DNA from: an uncultured Burkholderiaceae bacterium
Lineage (GTDB): Bacteria; Pseudomonadota; Gammaproteobacteria; Burkholderiales; Burkholderiaceae_A
Direction: 5' to 3'
Assembly: GCA_964582195.1 (NCBI GenBank)
Contig: CAZOQN010000002.1
Coordinates: 608,916 to 672,915 of the forward strand
Length of the DNA stretch: 64,000 nt
The notes beneath the pieces are model-generated. The model had not been told where the DNA came from, ran no database searches, and was given only the letters and a program-made list of their open reading frames with translations. The translations under genes and the position numbers were made by a program. Of this stretch, positions 37,339 through 49,168 are shown in pieces. The first letter of the stretch is position 1. Each line of letters starts with the position of its first letter.

Positions 37339-37785
37339 ATGTCGATCATCCAGAACAAGAAGGCATTTCACGATTACTTCATAGAGGAGCGCTATGAAGC
37401 CGGGATTGTGCTCGAGGGCTGGGAGGTAAAGGCAATTCGTGCCGGACGTGCCAATCTCAAAGAGGCCTATGTAATTATTCGGCAGGGGGAATTGTTCCTG
37501 CTGGGCTGCCATATCTCTGCCCTGCCCCAGGCCTCTACCCATATCACGCCCGACCCCGTGCGCACGCGCAAGCTCTTGCTCAAGGCTGAGGAAATTCGAA
37601 AACTCATTGGCAAGGTAGAGCGGGCTGGCTACACCTTGGTGCCTGTTGATATGCACTATGTGCGCGGGCGCATCAAGCTGGAAGTGGGTCTGGCCAAAGG
37701 TAAAAAACAGCACGACAAGCGGGCCTCTGAGCGCGAAAAGGAATGGACCCGCGAGAAGCAGCGGATTCTCAAGCAGACTCGATAG
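37339..37785 (+). CDS. smpB: SsrA-binding protein SmpB
   Basis: '[36 protein letters not shown]' matches Burkholderiales SmpB N-termini. The start was trimmed from 37285 to the ATG at 37339. Confidence 0.92.
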   Translation: MSIIQNKKAFHDYFIEERYEAGIVLEGWEVKAIRAGRANLKEAYVIIRQGELFLLGCHISALPQASTHITPDPVRTRKLLLKAEEIRKLIGKVERAGYTLVPVDMHYVRGRIKLEVGLAKGKKQHDKRASEREKEWTREKQRILKQTR

Positions 37786-37842
37786 CTCGGGGCCATAGAA
37801 AGTGACCGGTCTACCGTCGGGTGTCGCTCTTGGGCTCGGGGC

Positions 37843-40269
37843 CTACTTCGCCAGAGCGTTCCAAGTATCAACGACGGTATCCGGATTCAACGACATCGAC
37901 TGAATCCCAATCTCTTTCAGCCACTGTGCCAAATCAGGATGATCCGAGGGCCCCTGGCCACAGATGCCAACGTATTTGCCCGCGCGATTGCAGGCATCGA
38001 CCGCCATCTTCAACATGGCCTTCACCGCGGCATCGCGCTCATCAAAGGCATCGGCCACCAGGCCTGAATCACGATCCAGGCCCAAGGTGAGCTGGGTGAG
38101 ATCGTTAGAGCCAATTGAGAAGCCATCAAAATGCTTCAAGAATGCATCTGCCAAAATCGCATTCGAAGGCAGCTCGCACATCATGATTAAGCGTAGCCCG
38201 CCTTTCCCGTTCTTATCAGCTCCGCTGCCGCGCTTTAAGCCGTATTTTGCGAGCAGGGTCTCAACCCCTTCGGCCTCTTTCACAGTGCGAACAAAAGGCA
38301 CCATCAGCTCAACGTTGGTTAGCCCCATTTCCTCACGCACCCGATGCATGGCAATGCATTCCATCTCAAAGCACTCCTCAAAATCCTTTGCAAGATAGCG
38401 AGAAGCGCCACGAAAGCCCAGCATGGGGTTTTCTTCTTCGGGTTCATAACGCGAGCCACCAATGAGCTTGCGATATTCATTCGATTTGAAGTCTGACAAA
38501 CGGACAATGACCGGCTTGGGCCAAAACGCAGCCGCAATCGTGGCGACCCCTTCAGCTAGTTTGTCGATAAAGAAATCCCGCGGCGAGGCATGGCCACGCG
38601 AGACTTTTTCCACCGCATTTTTCAAATCGGCATCGACATTGGGATAATCCAAAATAGCCTTGGGATGTACACCGATGTTGTTATTGATAATGAACTCCAA
38701 GCGCGCAAGCCCCACCCCCTCGTTGGGAATGGACTGAAACTCAAACGCCAACTGCGGGTTGCCCACATTCATCATAATCTTGACCGGGATCTTGGGCATA
38801 GTGCCGATATGCACGGTCGAGACTTCGGTTTCTAAAATCCCGTTATAAATCTTTCCCGTGTCGCCCTCTGCACAAGAGACCGTCACGGTTTGCCCATCTT
38901 TCACATGGTCGGTCGCGTCGCCGCAGCCCACCACTGCAGGAATGCCAAGTTCCCGAGCAATGATGGCTGCATGGCACGTGCGTCCACCCCGGTTGGTCAC
39001 AATGGCCGATGCGCGCTTCATCACCGGCTCCCAGTTTGGGTCCGTCATGTCAGTGACTAAAACATCGCCGGGCTGCACCCGCTCCATTTCCTGGGCATCC
39101 TCAATGACACGCACCGTGCCTGAGCCAATCTTTTGGCCAATCGCGCGGCCTTGCGCCAAGACATCGCCGGAGGCCTTGAGCTTGAACCGTTGCTGGGCAT
39201 CGCCCGCCTTTTGCTGTGATTTCACCGTCTCGGGACGCGCCTGCAATATGTAGAGCTTGCCGTCTTGGCCATCTAAGCCCCACTCAATATCCATGGGCCT
39301 GCCGTAGTGTTTTTCGATAATCAGCGCATATTTGGCCAACTCAATAGTCTGCTCGTGGGTGAGCGAGTAACGATGGCGATCCGCATCGGCCACCTCTTCT
39401 GTCTTCACCGCCTTCCCAGTTGCAGCCTTTTCGGCATCGTTGGAAAACGTCATTTTGATGAGCTTGCTGCCCAACTGCCTGCGAATCACCGGAAACTTTC
39501 CGACTGAAAGCATGGGTTTGTGCACATAGAACTCATCGGGGTTCACCGCTCCTTGCACAATGGTCTCGCCCAAGCCATAAGAGCTGGTAATGAAAACCAC
39601 ATCTTGAAAGCCAGACTCCGTGTCCATCGTAAACATCACGCCGGCAGCGCCAAGATCGGAGCGCACCATACGCTGAATGCCTGCCGATAATGCGACATCG
39701 GCATGCGCAAACCCCTTGTGTACGCGATAGCTAATCGCCCGATCGTTATAAAGCGAAGCAAACACGTGCTTGATCTTGTCCAGCACATCGTCAATGCCCA
39801 CCACATTCAAAAATGTTTCTTGTTGGCCGGCAAAGGAAGCGTCTGGCAAATCTTCGGCCGTGGCAGAAGAGCGAACCGCCACGGAGACCCCCGGGCTGTC
39901 TTGAATCATCTCGGCGTAAAAGCTGCGAATCTCTTTTTCCAATTCCGGCGGCAGAGGGGTCTCGACCACCCAACGCCGAATCTCCTCCCCGCAGCGGGCC
40001 AACGCCCTAACATCATCAACATCGAGGGCATCAAGCCGGCTATTAATGCGCTGCCTCAAGCCCCCGTGGTCCAAAAAGGCACGAAAGGCTGCGGCGGTCG
40101 TTGCAAAGCCTCCAGGGACCCTGACGCCTGCGGCGGCAAGCTGGGAGATCATCTCGCCAAGCGATGAGTTTTTGCCCCCAACCGAATCGACATCGGCCAT
40201 TCTCAGCTCCTGAAAGGGGACCACCCAACGCATTGCGGTGCTGGTTGCCGACTCTGCCAATTTGTTCAT
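37843..40269 (-). CDS. ppsA: Phosphoenolpyruvate synthase (pyruvate, water dikinase)
   Basis: '[11 protein letters not shown]' is present. The phosphohistidine region is '[21 protein letters not shown]'. The C-terminal PEP-utilising domain has 'GSNDLTQ'. Confidence 0.95.
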   Translation of the reverse strand: MNKLAESATSTAMRWVVPFQELRMADVDSVGGKNSSLGEMISQLAAAGVRVPGGFATTAAAFRAFLDHGGLRQRINSRLDALDVDDVRALARCGEEIRRWVVETPLPPELEKEIRSFYAEMIQDSPGVSVAVRSSATAEDLPDASFAGQQETFLNVVGIDDVLDKIKHVFASLYNDRAISYRVHKGFAHADVALSAGIQRMVRSDLGAAGVMFTMDTESGFQDVVFITSSYGLGETIVQGAVNPDEFYVHKPMLSVGKFPVIRRQLGSKLIKMTFSNDAEKAATGKAVKTEEVADADRHRYSLTHEQTIELAKYALIIEKHYGRPMDIEWGLDGQDGKLYILQARPETVKSQQKAGDAQQRFKLKASGDVLAQGRAIGQKIGSGTVRVIEDAQEMERVQPGDVLVTDMTDPNWEPVMKRASAIVTNRGGRTCHAAIIARELGIPAVVGCGDATDHVKDGQTVTVSCAEGDTGKIYNGILETEVSTVHIGTMPKIPVKIMMNVGNPQLAFEFQSIPNEGVGLARLEFIINNNIGVHPKAILDYPNVDADLKNAVEKVSRGHASPRDFFIDKLAEGVATIAAAFWPKPVIVRLSDFKSNEYRKLIGGSRYEPEEENPMLGFRGASRYLAKDFEECFEMECIAMHRVREEMGLTNVELMVPFVRTVKEAEGVETLLAKYGLKRGSGADKNGKGGLRLIMMCELPSNAILADAFLKHFDGFSIGSNDLTQLTLGLDRDSGLVADAFDERDAAVKAMLKMAVDACNRAGKYVGICGQGPSDHPDLAQWLKEIGIQSMSLNPDTVVDTWNALAK

Positions 40270-40329
40270 TCAGACCACCTTGAAGATAATGAAATTTCTA
40301 TGACTAATCCGGGATTTTACCTAGTCTGA

Positions 40330-41187
40330 ATGTCCCCGCCCGATTCGAACCCCAACCCGCTTGAAAAGGTCGTGCCTGCTGGCCGCACCGTGTTTTTCGT
40401 GTCCGACGGCACGGGTATCACGGCCGAGACCTTTGGCTCCTCAATCCTCGCCCAGTTCGATGGGCTGCGATTTCGCATGCGCCGAATTCCCTTCGTCGAT
40501 AGCCTCGAGAAGGCCGATAACGCCGCCAATGTGATCGAGACCCAGGCCCGGGAGGACGGCAAGATGCCCATCGTCTTTTCCACCCTGGTCAACGACCAGA
40601 TTCTGGCTCGGATCAAGAGAATCAGGGCCTTACATCTCGATATGTTCAAGACCTTTGTGGAGCCTCTGGAAGTTGAGCTGGGCATGAAATCAAGCCATAC
40701 GATTGGCCGGTTTCACCACGCGACTGATACCGATGCCTACAAAAATAGAATTGAGGCGATCAACTTTTCATTGGCCCATGACGATGGCCAGTCGATCAAA
40801 AACCTCAAAGAGTCGGATGTGATTCTGATTGGCGTATCTCGCAGCGGAAAAACGCCCACAAGCCTATACCTGGCCATGCAGCACGGCTTAAAGGTCGCCA
40901 ACTGTCCGCTCATTCCTGAAGACTTTGAACGCGACAGCCTTCCCTCAACAATCCTCCCCTACAAAGACAAGCTCTTTGGGCTTACCATCGACCCGGATCG
41001 GCTCTCTCAGATTCGTAATGAGCGCAGGCCGGGCTCGAAATATGCATCGTTGGAAAACTGCCGCATGGAGGTGCGCTGTGCAGAATCGTTGATGAAGCGC
41101 GAGCAGATTGCCTCACTTTCCACCACGACGAAATCCATTGAAGAAATCGCCACGACGATTCTCACCAAACTCAATATCGGCCGCTAA
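40330..41187 (+). CDS. ppsR: PEP synthase regulatory protein PpsR (bifunctional kinase/pyrophosphorylase, DUF299)
   Basis: It has 'VFFVSDGTGITAE' and the P-loop 'LIGVSRSGKTPTS'. It is divergent from ppsA. Confidence 0.92.
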   Translation: MSPPDSNPNPLEKVVPAGRTVFFVSDGTGITAETFGSSILAQFDGLRFRMRRIPFVDSLEKADNAANVIETQAREDGKMPIVFSTLVNDQILARIKRIRALHLDMFKTFVEPLEVELGMKSSHTIGRFHHATDTDAYKNRIEAINFSLAHDDGQSIKNLKESDVILIGVSRSGKTPTSLYLAMQHGLKVANCPLIPEDFERDSLPSTILPYKDKLFGLTIDPDRLSQIRNERRPGSKYASLENCRMEVRCAESLMKREQIASLSTTTKSIEEIATTILTKLNIGR

Positions 41188-41965
41188 GCCGACGCCTGCG
41201 CATTTCAAACAAGCAAACGCTTGCCGCAGCAGCAACATTGAGCGACTCCACTTTGGGCGATTGCGCAATCATGACCGTTGTTGAGGCTTGTTGCAGGGCC
41301 TGCGAGACGCCTTGGCCTTCCTGGCCAAAAATCCATACGCAGGGTTTTTCAAGCGCGAGCTTTTTTTCATAAAGCGAGACCGCTGCGGCGTTATTGGCAG
41401 TCGACAAAAGCGTGCTTTCGATTGCCTTTGCTTGCTCAATGACGGCTGCCTCTTCCAAGCCCACGCAAATCTCAATTGCGAAATGAGCGCCCATGGCCGC
41501 GCGCAACACCTTTGCAGACCAAGGGTCGACCGTGCCCGTTAGACACCAGGCTTGCGACAGGCCTGCCGCGGCGGCGGATCGCAGCATGCTGCCAAGGTTT
41601 CCCGGGTCTTGGACACGATCAAATACGGCGACATCACAGGGCCGCTGTGCCAGCGTTGCCTGCACCTCCTCAATGACCATGCCCCATCCAGAGCTTGACT
41701 CCAACTGGCTGATCTCGCGAAAAAGGCTGGCATGAACCACCCAGGTCTCGTCCGCATAAGCGCCGTGCTGCTCGAATAAAGCATCGACCTCTTGTGAATC
41801 GGAAATCACCAAGGCCTGAGCCTTGCGCCCGCTTGCCACAAACGCCGCGCAAAGCCGCTCTCCTTCGATCCAGGCCGCCTGATGCTTGCGCCGCTCGCGT
41901 GGGCCGCCCACCAAATCTTGAAGCTTTCGAAACCCCGCATTGGCCCGTGAACTGATTGACTTCAT
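41171..41965 (-). CDS. TrmH/SpoU-family RNA 2'-O-methyltransferase
   Basis: SpoU motifs are present: '[18 protein letters not shown]', '[10 protein letters not shown]' and '[15 protein letters not shown]'. Confidence 0.85.
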   Translation of the reverse strand: MKSISSRANAGFRKLQDLVGGPRERRKHQAAWIEGERLCAAFVASGRKAQALVISDSQEVDALFEQHGAYADETWVVHASLFREISQLESSSGWGMVIEEVQATLAQRPCDVAVFDRVQDPGNLGSMLRSAAAAGLSQAWCLTGTVDPWSAKVLRAAMGAHFAIEICVGLEEAAVIEQAKAIESTLLSTANNAAAVSLYEKKLALEKPCVWIFGQEGQGVSQALQQASTTVMIAQSPKVESLNVAAAASVCLFEMRRRRLSGRY

Positions 41966-42588
41966 GACAGCACACCCATTTGTGCAATGGGGGAGAAGCT
42001 TTTTCGATGCGCAGCAATCACCCCATGAGTGCGAATCGCCTCCAAGTGAAATGCTGTGCCATAGCCTGCGTGTCGATCAAAGCCATATTGAGGATAGATC
42101 TCATGAAGCCTGGCCATCTCTTTGTCCCGCGCAGTCTTCGCAAGAATTGAAGCCGCAGAAATCTCTGAAATTTTCTGGTCACCCTTAACCACCGTCTCTG
42201 TCAAATAGGGCCAGTGCCACGGGCCTTCAAAGCGCGCCGGCGAGAGGTTGCCATCGACTTGCAATAAAAAATTTTCAACCCCGTTAAGCTTGTCCAGGCA
42301 CTGCTCAACCGCCCGTGACATAGCCAGAAATGTGGCATTCAAGATATTCAGGGAGTCGATCTCCTCGACAGCGGCCCATCCGATGCCCCAGCCTCGGGCA
42401 CTTTGTTTGATCTGCTCTTCTAACGACTCCCGTTTTTTGGCCGAGAGTTTTTTTGAATCTTTGAGCCCGTCAATGGCTGCCCCTGCCAGACAAACCGCCG
42501 CAGCACACACCGGGCCCGCAAGCGGGCCTCGGCCAGCCTCATCAACCCCGATCACCATGGGCATTTCCATGGCCTGTCTAGCGAACAA
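41962..42588 (-). CDS. rnhB: Ribonuclease HII
   Basis: It has '[14 protein letters not shown]' and 'DSKKLS'. The start could be one of the downstream Mets (42570 or 42564), which would remove the overlap with lpxA. Confidence 0.9.
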   Translation of the reverse strand: MFARQAMEMPMVIGVDEAGRGPLAGPVCAAAVCLAGAAIDGLKDSKKLSAKKRESLEEQIKQSARGWGIGWAAVEEIDSLNILNATFLAMSRAVEQCLDKLNGVENFLLQVDGNLSPARFEGPWHWPYLTETVVKGDQKISEISAASILAKTARDKEMARLHEIYPQYGFDRHAGYGTAFHLEAIRTHGVIAAHRKSFSPIAQMGVLS

Positions 42589-43375
42589 TGCCTCGGCTTA
42601 CCGTGCCCAGAAAGTTCACAAGCACGGCGAGGCTCACCCGCTCACTCTCATCGGCTGCGCCAATTCGCGCCGGCTCTTGCAGCTCATCGATCGTCTTCTC
42701 GAGACTCATCCCCGACTTATAAAGCAATCGATAGGCCCGCTTGATGCAAGCGATCTGGCCTTCACTAAAGCCCCGTCGTTTTAAGCCCTCGGAATTAATA
42801 CCATGGGCCGCTGCAGGGTTGCCACTTGCCATCACATAGGGCGGAAGGTCTTGTGTCAGCGTGGTGCCCGCTGCAGTCATCGCATGCGCCCCGATTTTTA
42901 CAAACTGATGAACCGCGGTAATGCCGCCCAAAACTGCCCAATCCCCCACCTGAACATGGCCGCCTATCTGTGTGGCATTGGCCATGATGATATGAGAGCC
43001 AACCGTGCAGTCGTGAGCAATATGCACGTAGGCCATGATCCAGTTGTGATCGCCAATGCAAGTCACGCCGATATCTTGCACCGTGCCGCTATTGACGGTA
43101 CAGCATTCCCGAAAAGTGTTACTCGCCCCAATCCGAACCTTGGTAGGCTCGCCTTTGTACTTTTTATCTTGCGGCGGGCCGCCGATTACACAGTGCGCAT
43201 GCACAACATTGTTTTGGCCCATCTCGGTGTGGCCCACAACCTGGGCAAAAGGATGAATCACACTGCCTGCGCCAATGCAAACGTTGGGGCCAATCAGGGC
43301 GTAGGCGCCCACCTCGACACTGGGGTCTAGCTCTGCCTTTGGATCAACAATTGCCGACGGATGGATGCCCGCCAT
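42578..43375 (-). CDS. lpxA: Acyl-ACP--UDP-GlcNAc O-acyltransferase LpxA
   Basis: '[26 protein letters not shown]' begins a run of hexapeptide repeats. The C-terminal helical domain has '[11 protein letters not shown]'. Confidence 0.92.
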   Translation of the reverse strand: MAGIHPSAIVDPKAELDPSVEVGAYALIGPNVCIGAGSVIHPFAQVVGHTEMGQNNVVHAHCVIGGPPQDKKYKGEPTKVRIGASNTFRECCTVNSGTVQDIGVTCIGDHNWIMAYVHIAHDCTVGSHIIMANATQIGGHVQVGDWAVLGGITAVHQFVKIGAHAMTAAGTTLTQDLPPYVMASGNPAAAHGINSEGLKRRGFSEGQIACIKRAYRLLYKSGMSLEKTIDELQEPARIGAADESERVSLAVLVNFLGTVSRGIVR

Positions 43376-43825
43376 TTAATCGGCCTTCTTGGGCAGGTCT
43401 CTCAAGGCGCACATCAGCTCGGCCTCGGCGGCCACCTGACCATCGACGGTAGCAGTGCCTTTGTACTTCCACATCAAGCGAGACTGACGCTCAATCGTTA
43501 CGTTGAGCAACAAAATGTCGCCGGGCACCACCGGACGCTTGAACCGGCAGTGATCAATACCCACGAAAAAATAGACCGAGTCTGAATTTGACTTCGTTCC
43601 CATTGTCTTAAACGACAAGATGCCAGCCGCCTGGGCCAATGCCTCGACAATCAGAACGCCGGGCATCACCGCAAAGTGCGGGAAATGCCCAGTAAAGAAC
43701 TCTTCGTTGGCCGTGACATTTTTCTGGGCCACGATGCGCTCTCCCGGCACGAGTTCGTTGACCTTGTCGACCAACAGAAAAGGATACCGATGCGGAAGCA
43801 CTTCCAAAATCTCGCGTATGTCCAT
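43376..43825 (-). CDS. fabZ: 3-hydroxyacyl-ACP dehydratase FabZ
   Basis: '[22 protein letters not shown]' and 'HFP..PVMPGVL'-like '[17 protein letters not shown]' are present. The start was trimmed to the ATG at 43825. Confidence 0.92.
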   Translation of the reverse strand: MDIREILEVLPHRYPFLLVDKVNELVPGERIVAQKNVTANEEFFTGHFPHFAVMPGVLIVEALAQAAGILSFKTMGTKSNSDSVYFFVGIDHCRFKRPVVPGDILLLNVTIERQSRLMWKYKGTATVDGQVAAEAELMCALRDLPKKAD

Positions 43826-43830
43826 GGCTT

Positions 43831-44874
43831 TTAGTTCCCTAATTTTTTTACCGCCTGGCGCAATTGCGGCAGGCGACGCACAATCGCAGCGCTTTTTTCC
43901 CACTCACTCTGAGGCTGCAGGGGATAAACGCCGACATATTTTCCAGGCGCATGAATGCTCGAGCTCACCAGGCTCATCGGCCCGATCACCACACCCTCGG
44001 CAATCGTGAGATGGCCCAGGATTCCCGCTGCGCCTCCGATTTGGCAATACGCGCCAATCACAGCACTGCCGGCAATTCCAACACAAGCGGCCACGGCCGT
44101 GTGATTGCCAATTTTCACGTTATGCGCTACCTGAATCTGGTTATCGAGCTTGACGCCATCTCCAATCTCGGTGTCATCCAGCGTGCCGCGATCGATTGTG
44201 GTGTTAGCGCCAATCTCGACATCGTCGCCAATCTGCACGGAGCCCACTTGAGGAATTTTCAGCCAGCTACGATCGGGCTGTGGCGCAAAGCCAAAGCCGT
44301 CAGCGCCGATAACGGCCCCACTATGAACCGTCACTCGACTGCCAATGCGGCAGCCCTCGTACACCACCACCTTGGCGTAAAGGGTGCATTGAGAGCCAAG
44401 CTTAGCCTGGGGGCCAATCGTGCAGCCTGCCTCCACATCACAATCATCGCCCACGACGGCTTTGGCCCCGATCACCACATTAGGACCGATCCGAACTCGT
44501 TTACCAATCGAAGCGCTCGGATCAACCACGGCTGTCGGATGGATGACTGTCTGCGTGACCGATTGATTCCGAATTTTTGAAAGCAGGAAATGAGAGGCTT
44601 TGGCGAAATAAAGGTAAGGGTCTTCAGTCTCTATCACCGGGCAGCCAAGCCCCGCATGGCGGGCGAGAGATTTATCAGATACAACTAAAAGCGAGGCTTT
44701 GGTGGAGGCTAGCTGGAGCTGGTATTTCGGGTTCGCAAGAAAACTTGCCTCTCCCAGATGCGCGCGGGCCAGGCTCGCAAAGCGAAAAATACGAACCAAT
44801 GGATCACCATCAAGAGTGCCGCCGAGATGTTTGACCAGATCAGCGGCGGTGACAAAGTGATGGTGGTTGTCCAA
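43831..44874 (-). CDS. lpxD: UDP-3-O-acylglucosamine N-acyltransferase LpxD
   Basis: The length, left-handed beta-helix hexapeptide repeats and position between skp and fabZ all fit LpxD. Confidence 0.9.
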   Translation of the reverse strand: MDNHHHFVTAADLVKHLGGTLDGDPLVRIFRFASLARAHLGEASFLANPKYQLQLASTKASLLVVSDKSLARHAGLGCPVIETEDPYLYFAKASHFLLSKIRNQSVTQTVIHPTAVVDPSASIGKRVRIGPNVVIGAKAVVGDDCDVEAGCTIGPQAKLGSQCTLYAKVVVYEGCRIGSRVTVHSGAVIGADGFGFAPQPDRSWLKIPQVGSVQIGDDVEIGANTTIDRGTLDDTEIGDGVKLDNQIQVAHNVKIGNHTAVAACVGIAGSAVIGAYCQIGGAAGILGHLTIAEGVVIGPMSLVSSSIHAPGKYVGVYPLQPQSEWEKSAAIVRRLPQLRQAVKKLGN

Positions 44875-44884
44875 TCTCGCGAGA

Positions 44885-45430
44885 TCAGCGGGCAGACTGG
44901 GCGTTTAGTGCCCGCAGAACCTTGTCGGTGATGTCGATACGAGGAGAGGCGAAAACAGCCTCCTGGAAAATGATGTCGAACTTTTCCGCTTCTGCAATTT
45001 GTCGAATTGAGCGGTTTGCACGCTCGATCACGGCAGCCAACTCCTCGTTGCGGCGCTGATTCAAGTCTTCACGGAATTCACGCTGACGGCGCTGCAAATC
45101 CCGCTCAAGCTCACCCGCCTCACGTTGACGTTTCAGACGCTCTGAATCGCTCATGACAGCCGCGTCACGCTCGAGCTTGTCGGTGAGCTCTTTAAGTTTT
45201 GATGCGCTGTCCTGGATTGATTTCTCCCGCTTTGAAAATTCCTGTTCAAGTTTTTGCTGCGACGCCTTGGCAGGCGCCGACTCGCGAAGGATGCGCTCAG
45301 TGTTCACAAAGCCGATCTTGGCTGAGCCAGATTCCTGAGCGAAAACTGTTGGGGTGGCCAACGAGACCCCTAGCCCAACTGCGCAAGCCATGGGAGCTAT
45401 AAAGCGAGAGATTGCGGTCAAAACGAACAC
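44885..45430 (-). CDS. skp: Periplasmic chaperone Skp (OmpH)
   Basis: A signal peptide is followed by 'KIGFVNTERILRES' and a long charged coiled arm. It lies between bamA and lpxD. Confidence 0.88.
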   Translation of the reverse strand: MFVLTAISRFIAPMACAVGLGVSLATPTVFAQESGSAKIGFVNTERILRESAPAKASQQKLEQEFSKREKSIQDSASKLKELTDKLERDAAVMSDSERLKRQREAGELERDLQRRQREFREDLNQRRNEELAAVIERANRSIRQIAEAEKFDIIFQEAVFASPRIDITDKVLRALNAQSAR

Positions 45431-45471
45431 TCCGTTTGCAAAGAGTCTCTATTTTCGCATGAAATCAAGGC

Positions 45472-47883
45472 TCAAAAACCCGTGCCAATCTGGAACTGGA
45501 ATCGTTGAGTCTTATCGTTAGGCTCTTTCTTGATTGCATTGCCAATGCTCAGTTTCAGGGGCCCGACTGGGGAAAGCCAAGAAAGTCCCACACCCACCGA
45601 GGCTCTCATGTCACCCAGGGCAACCTTTTGGTTCTCTTGCCAGACCGCGCCGGTGTCGAAGTAGGTAAAGAGTCGAATGGTGCGGTCCTGGGCCATGCCT
45701 GGAAGCGGAAACAGCAGCTCGGTGTTGAGAACGAGCTTGCGGTTACCACCCAATGCCCCGTTATCTACGGGATCCCGACCGCCGATGCCCCCGCCCTCAA
45801 AGCCCCGAACCGAGCCAATGCCCCCCACATAATAGTTCTTTAGGATTGGGAAGGGCTTGCTGCCAAGGCCTTCGGCCCAGCCCAGCTCCCCATTGATCGC
45901 AAAGGTAATCCTTCGCGTAAGCGGATAGAACCACTGATGACCATAGTTCAATCTGGCAAATTCCATCTCGCCTAAAGGTGTTGCATAGTCAAGGTTCACA
46001 TACCGCTGCTGCCCCCGGGTCGGTGCAATTGCGCTATCGCGGGAATCGCGAGACCAGCCAAGCGTGATCAAGTAGGCATCGAGGCTCGACTTGCCTCCAA
46101 AGTTTGCAACCTCCTGCTTGATTCGATTGGGCCAGAAAGTCTGGTCGCCACCATACTTGTTCTGCTCAAAGGCAGCGCCAAGAAAGATTCGATCCTCTTC
46201 GGTGTAAGGAATGCCAAACCGAACGCCACCGCCATACGTTTGAACGGAGTAGCGATTTAAGGTATCGATCTCGCTGGGTTCAAATTTTCGGGTGAAAACA
46301 TCCACTGCGCGACTGACGCCATCATCGGTCCAGTACGGGTCGACGTGAGAGACAGCAAAAGTCTGGCGAAGCTTGCTGGAGTTCACCTCCACAGCCACAT
46401 TCGTTCCCGTGCCCAGAAAATTCTGCTGGGTAATCGAGCCCGACAACACAAGGTTGTCGGTGCTTGAAAAGCCAACGCCCAGCGTCAAGGCGCCAAGGGG
46501 CCGCTCCTCGACTTTCACATTCACATCAACCTGATCCGCAGTGCCAGGCACCGGCTCGGTATCAATTCCCACGTTGGTAAAGTAGCCCAAGCGATCAATA
46601 CGATTACGGGAGAGACGAATGCGTTCGGAGTCGTACCAAGAGGCCTCGAACTGGCGCATTTCCCTGCGAATCACCTCATCCCTGGTTTTTGAGTTGCCGC
46701 TGATATTGATATTGCGCACATACACCCTGCGGCCCGGATCCACCTGCAGGACAAAGCTCACCTCGCCTTTTTCCCGGTCGATTTCCGGCAGGGGATTCAC
46801 CGCCGAAAATGCATAGCCCAGTTCACCAAGCCTGTCGTTTATCTTTTTGCTGACTTCCTGCAGTCTCTCGTTCGAAAAGACATCGCCTGGCTTGATCGTG
46901 ACGAGCTTTTCGAAATCCTGGGGCCTGCCCAGCATATCGCCAACGAGCCTGACGTCCTTCACTGTAAAGCGTTCTCCCTCGTTGATAACGATCGTGATGA
47001 AAACATCTTTGCGATCAGCCGACAGGGAAACCTGCGTGGAATCGATAGCAAACTCAAGATAGCCTCGGTTCAGATAAAACGAACGCAGGGTCTCAAGATC
47101 GGCAGTAAGCTTTTGGCGGGAATACTGATCGGCTTTTGTGTACCAACTCATCCATGTCGGTTTTGACAAGGCGAACTCTCCGAGCAGGCGCGACTCTTTA
47201 AAAGCCCTTGCACCAATGATTCGAATGGAGCGTATTCTTGCGTCTTCGCCTTCATCAATCGCAATCTGAATGGCTACCCGATTGCGCTCTAATGGCGTCA
47301 CCGTGGAAACTACCTTGACGTTGTACTTGCCGCGGCCAAGATACTGTCGCTTGAGTTCCTGCTCTGCCCGCTCAAGCAAGGACCGGTCAAAGATGCGCGA
47401 CTCTGCAAGCCCGGTGTCGCGAAGCGCTTTAAGCAGCGCTTCTTTGTCAAACTCCTTGGAGCCGCTGACCTCCACCACTCCAATGGCGGGGCGCTCTTCT
47501 ACCAATATAACCAGCACATCTCCATCAAGCTCTAAGCGAACATCTCTGAAAAACCCCGTCGAGAAAAGTATTCTCACCGCCTCCGATGAACGAAACTCTG
47601 TCAGCCGATCCCCAATCTGAACCGGCAAGTAGGAAAAGACCGTTCCGGGCTCTATGCGCTGCAGGCCTTCAATCCGGATATCCCGAATCGGCACACCCAA
47701 AGCCTGCGCGCTTGTGGCTGCCGCGACATTGTCTGTAATCACTTGGGAGAGGGACCGGGAGTGTGGCGCAAGGCAGGCAAGACCAACACAGACTGCTAGC
47801 GCCGAGGGTGTTAACTGGGCACGAAAACCTGATTGAGTATGAGACACCTGATGCCTACCAGCCCGCCAAACGGGCAAAATCAT
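45472..47883 (-). CDS. bamA: Outer membrane protein assembly factor BamA
   Basis: POTRA repeats are followed by a C-terminal barrel ending 'FQFQIGTGF'. The ATG start overlaps rseP by 29 nt. An in-frame GTG at 47847 would avoid the overlap, so the start is uncertain. Confidence 0.9.
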   Translation of the reverse strand: MILPVWRAGRHQVSHTQSGFRAQLTPSALAVCVGLACLAPHSRSLSQVITDNVAAATSAQALGVPIRDIRIEGLQRIEPGTVFSYLPVQIGDRLTEFRSSEAVRILFSTGFFRDVRLELDGDVLVILVEERPAIGVVEVSGSKEFDKEALLKALRDTGLAESRIFDRSLLERAEQELKRQYLGRGKYNVKVVSTVTPLERNRVAIQIAIDEGEDARIRSIRIIGARAFKESRLLGEFALSKPTWMSWYTKADQYSRQKLTADLETLRSFYLNRGYLEFAIDSTQVSLSADRKDVFITIVINEGERFTVKDVRLVGDMLGRPQDFEKLVTIKPGDVFSNERLQEVSKKINDRLGELGYAFSAVNPLPEIDREKGEVSFVLQVDPGRRVYVRNINISGNSKTRDEVIRREMRQFEASWYDSERIRLSRNRIDRLGYFTNVGIDTEPVPGTADQVDVNVKVEERPLGALTLGVGFSSTDNLVLSGSITQQNFLGTGTNVAVEVNSSKLRQTFAVSHVDPYWTDDGVSRAVDVFTRKFEPSEIDTLNRYSVQTYGGGVRFGIPYTEEDRIFLGAAFEQNKYGGDQTFWPNRIKQEVANFGGKSSLDAYLITLGWSRDSRDSAIAPTRGQQRYVNLDYATPLGEMEFARLNYGHQWFYPLTRRITFAINGELGWAEGLGSKPFPILKNYYVGGIGSVRGFEGGGIGGRDPVDNGALGGNRKLVLNTELLFPLPGMAQDRTIRLFTYFDTGAVWQENQKVALGDMRASVGVGLSWLSPVGPLKLSIGNAIKKEPNDKTQRFQFQIGTGF

Positions 47884-49168
47884 TAAACAGCGCCAATGCT
47901 GTGACCATAATTATGAGCGCTAGGCCCATCCTGCGCCCAGCCTCCTGGACCTCCGCCGGCAAAGGGCTGCCCCTCACCAGCTCCCAGAGATAATACAGGA
48001 GGTGGCCTCCATCAAGCATGGGAATGGGTAAGAGGTTCAGCACCGCAATGCTGATGCTGATCAAGGCAAGAAATCCAAGAAAGGACTGCAGTCCGCTGCT
48101 TGCCGACTGGCCGGCTGCATCGGCGATCGTCACCGGGCCGCTGATCTGGCGCCAGGAGACTTCGCCCATGAGCATGCGGCCCAAGGCCTGAAGGGTGAGC
48201 ACACTCATCTCCCAGGTGCGCATCACACCCCGCGTCGTTGCCGTCAACAGATCATCGGAAACTTTCACGGTCGGCACATCTGCCCCCACAACAGCCCCAA
48301 TTCGATAAACCCCATCACTGCCGGCTTTGGGCGAAACCACAACACGCTCAGGCAGGCCACCCGCATCGGCCACCACAAGCTCTAAGGGCCTGCCTTGCGA
48401 TTGCTGAACACGGGAGATCACAGAGTCGGGCTGGCTGACCTCGATACCATCGACCCTCAAAATTCGGTCGCCCTCTCTCAAGCCGGCCTGGGCAGCCACG
48501 CTGTTTTCCTGAAGCCGAAGCAGGCGAACTGCCTCACTCAATGGCGCAAGGCCCAGAGCAACTATCGCGGCGGCGGGGTCGGAGGCCCTCGCTGCCGCAA
48601 GTGCGGAATCATTGTTTGCAAACGAAACCGGAAAAGAAAGGGTTTGTCCTTGGCGCTCGACCTCGATCTGAAGCTCGCGTTTCCCCTCGCCGACCAAGGC
48701 CTGAGCAACGCGCCAGCGAATGTCTGTGAAGCTTCGAACCGAGCGGCCATCAATGGATACGACCCGATCGCCCTGTGCTAGGCCACTGGCTGCAGCGGGC
48801 GATTCCGCTCGCGGCGCTGCCAACACCGCCTGCGGCTCTTCGCGGCCCACATGAAATAGCGCCGCGTAGGCAAGCGCAGCGAAAATCAGATTTGCCAGCG
48901 GTCCGGCAAACACCACCCAGGCCCGAGAACGCAGAGGCTTGGAATCGAACGACTGGTCATCCATGCGCACATAGCCGCCAAGCGGAATGCTGGCCACCAC
49001 CCACTCTTCACCCGTGCGCTTAGATGTCCACTTAATGAGCGCCCCTCCAAACCCCACTGAAAAACGCAACACCCGAATGCCACACTGCCTCGCTGCCAAG
49101 TAGTGGCCCATCTCGTGAATGAACACCAAAAGCGCAATCGCAATGATGAAATACAGAATCGTCATCAT
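47855..49168 (-). CDS. rseP: Site-2 (RIP) zinc metalloprotease RseP
   Basis: It has 'HEMGHY' in TM1, PDZ domains and the LDG motif 'NLLPIPMLDGGH'. Confidence 0.92.
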   Translation of the reverse strand: MMTILYFIIAIALLVFIHEMGHYLAARQCGIRVLRFSVGFGGALIKWTSKRTGEEWVVASIPLGGYVRMDDQSFDSKPLRSRAWVVFAGPLANLIFAALAYAALFHVGREEPQAVLAAPRAESPAAASGLAQGDRVVSIDGRSVRSFTDIRWRVAQALVGEGKRELQIEVERQGQTLSFPVSFANNDSALAAARASDPAAAIVALGLAPLSEAVRLLRLQENSVAAQAGLREGDRILRVDGIEVSQPDSVISRVQQSQGRPLELVVADAGGLPERVVVSPKAGSDGVYRIGAVVGADVPTVKVSDDLLTATTRGVMRTWEMSVLTLQALGRMLMGEVSWRQISGPVTIADAAGQSASSGLQSFLGFLALISISIAVLNLLPIPMLDGGHLLYYLWELVRGSPLPAEVQEAGRRMGLALIIMVTALALFNDFARLAGW

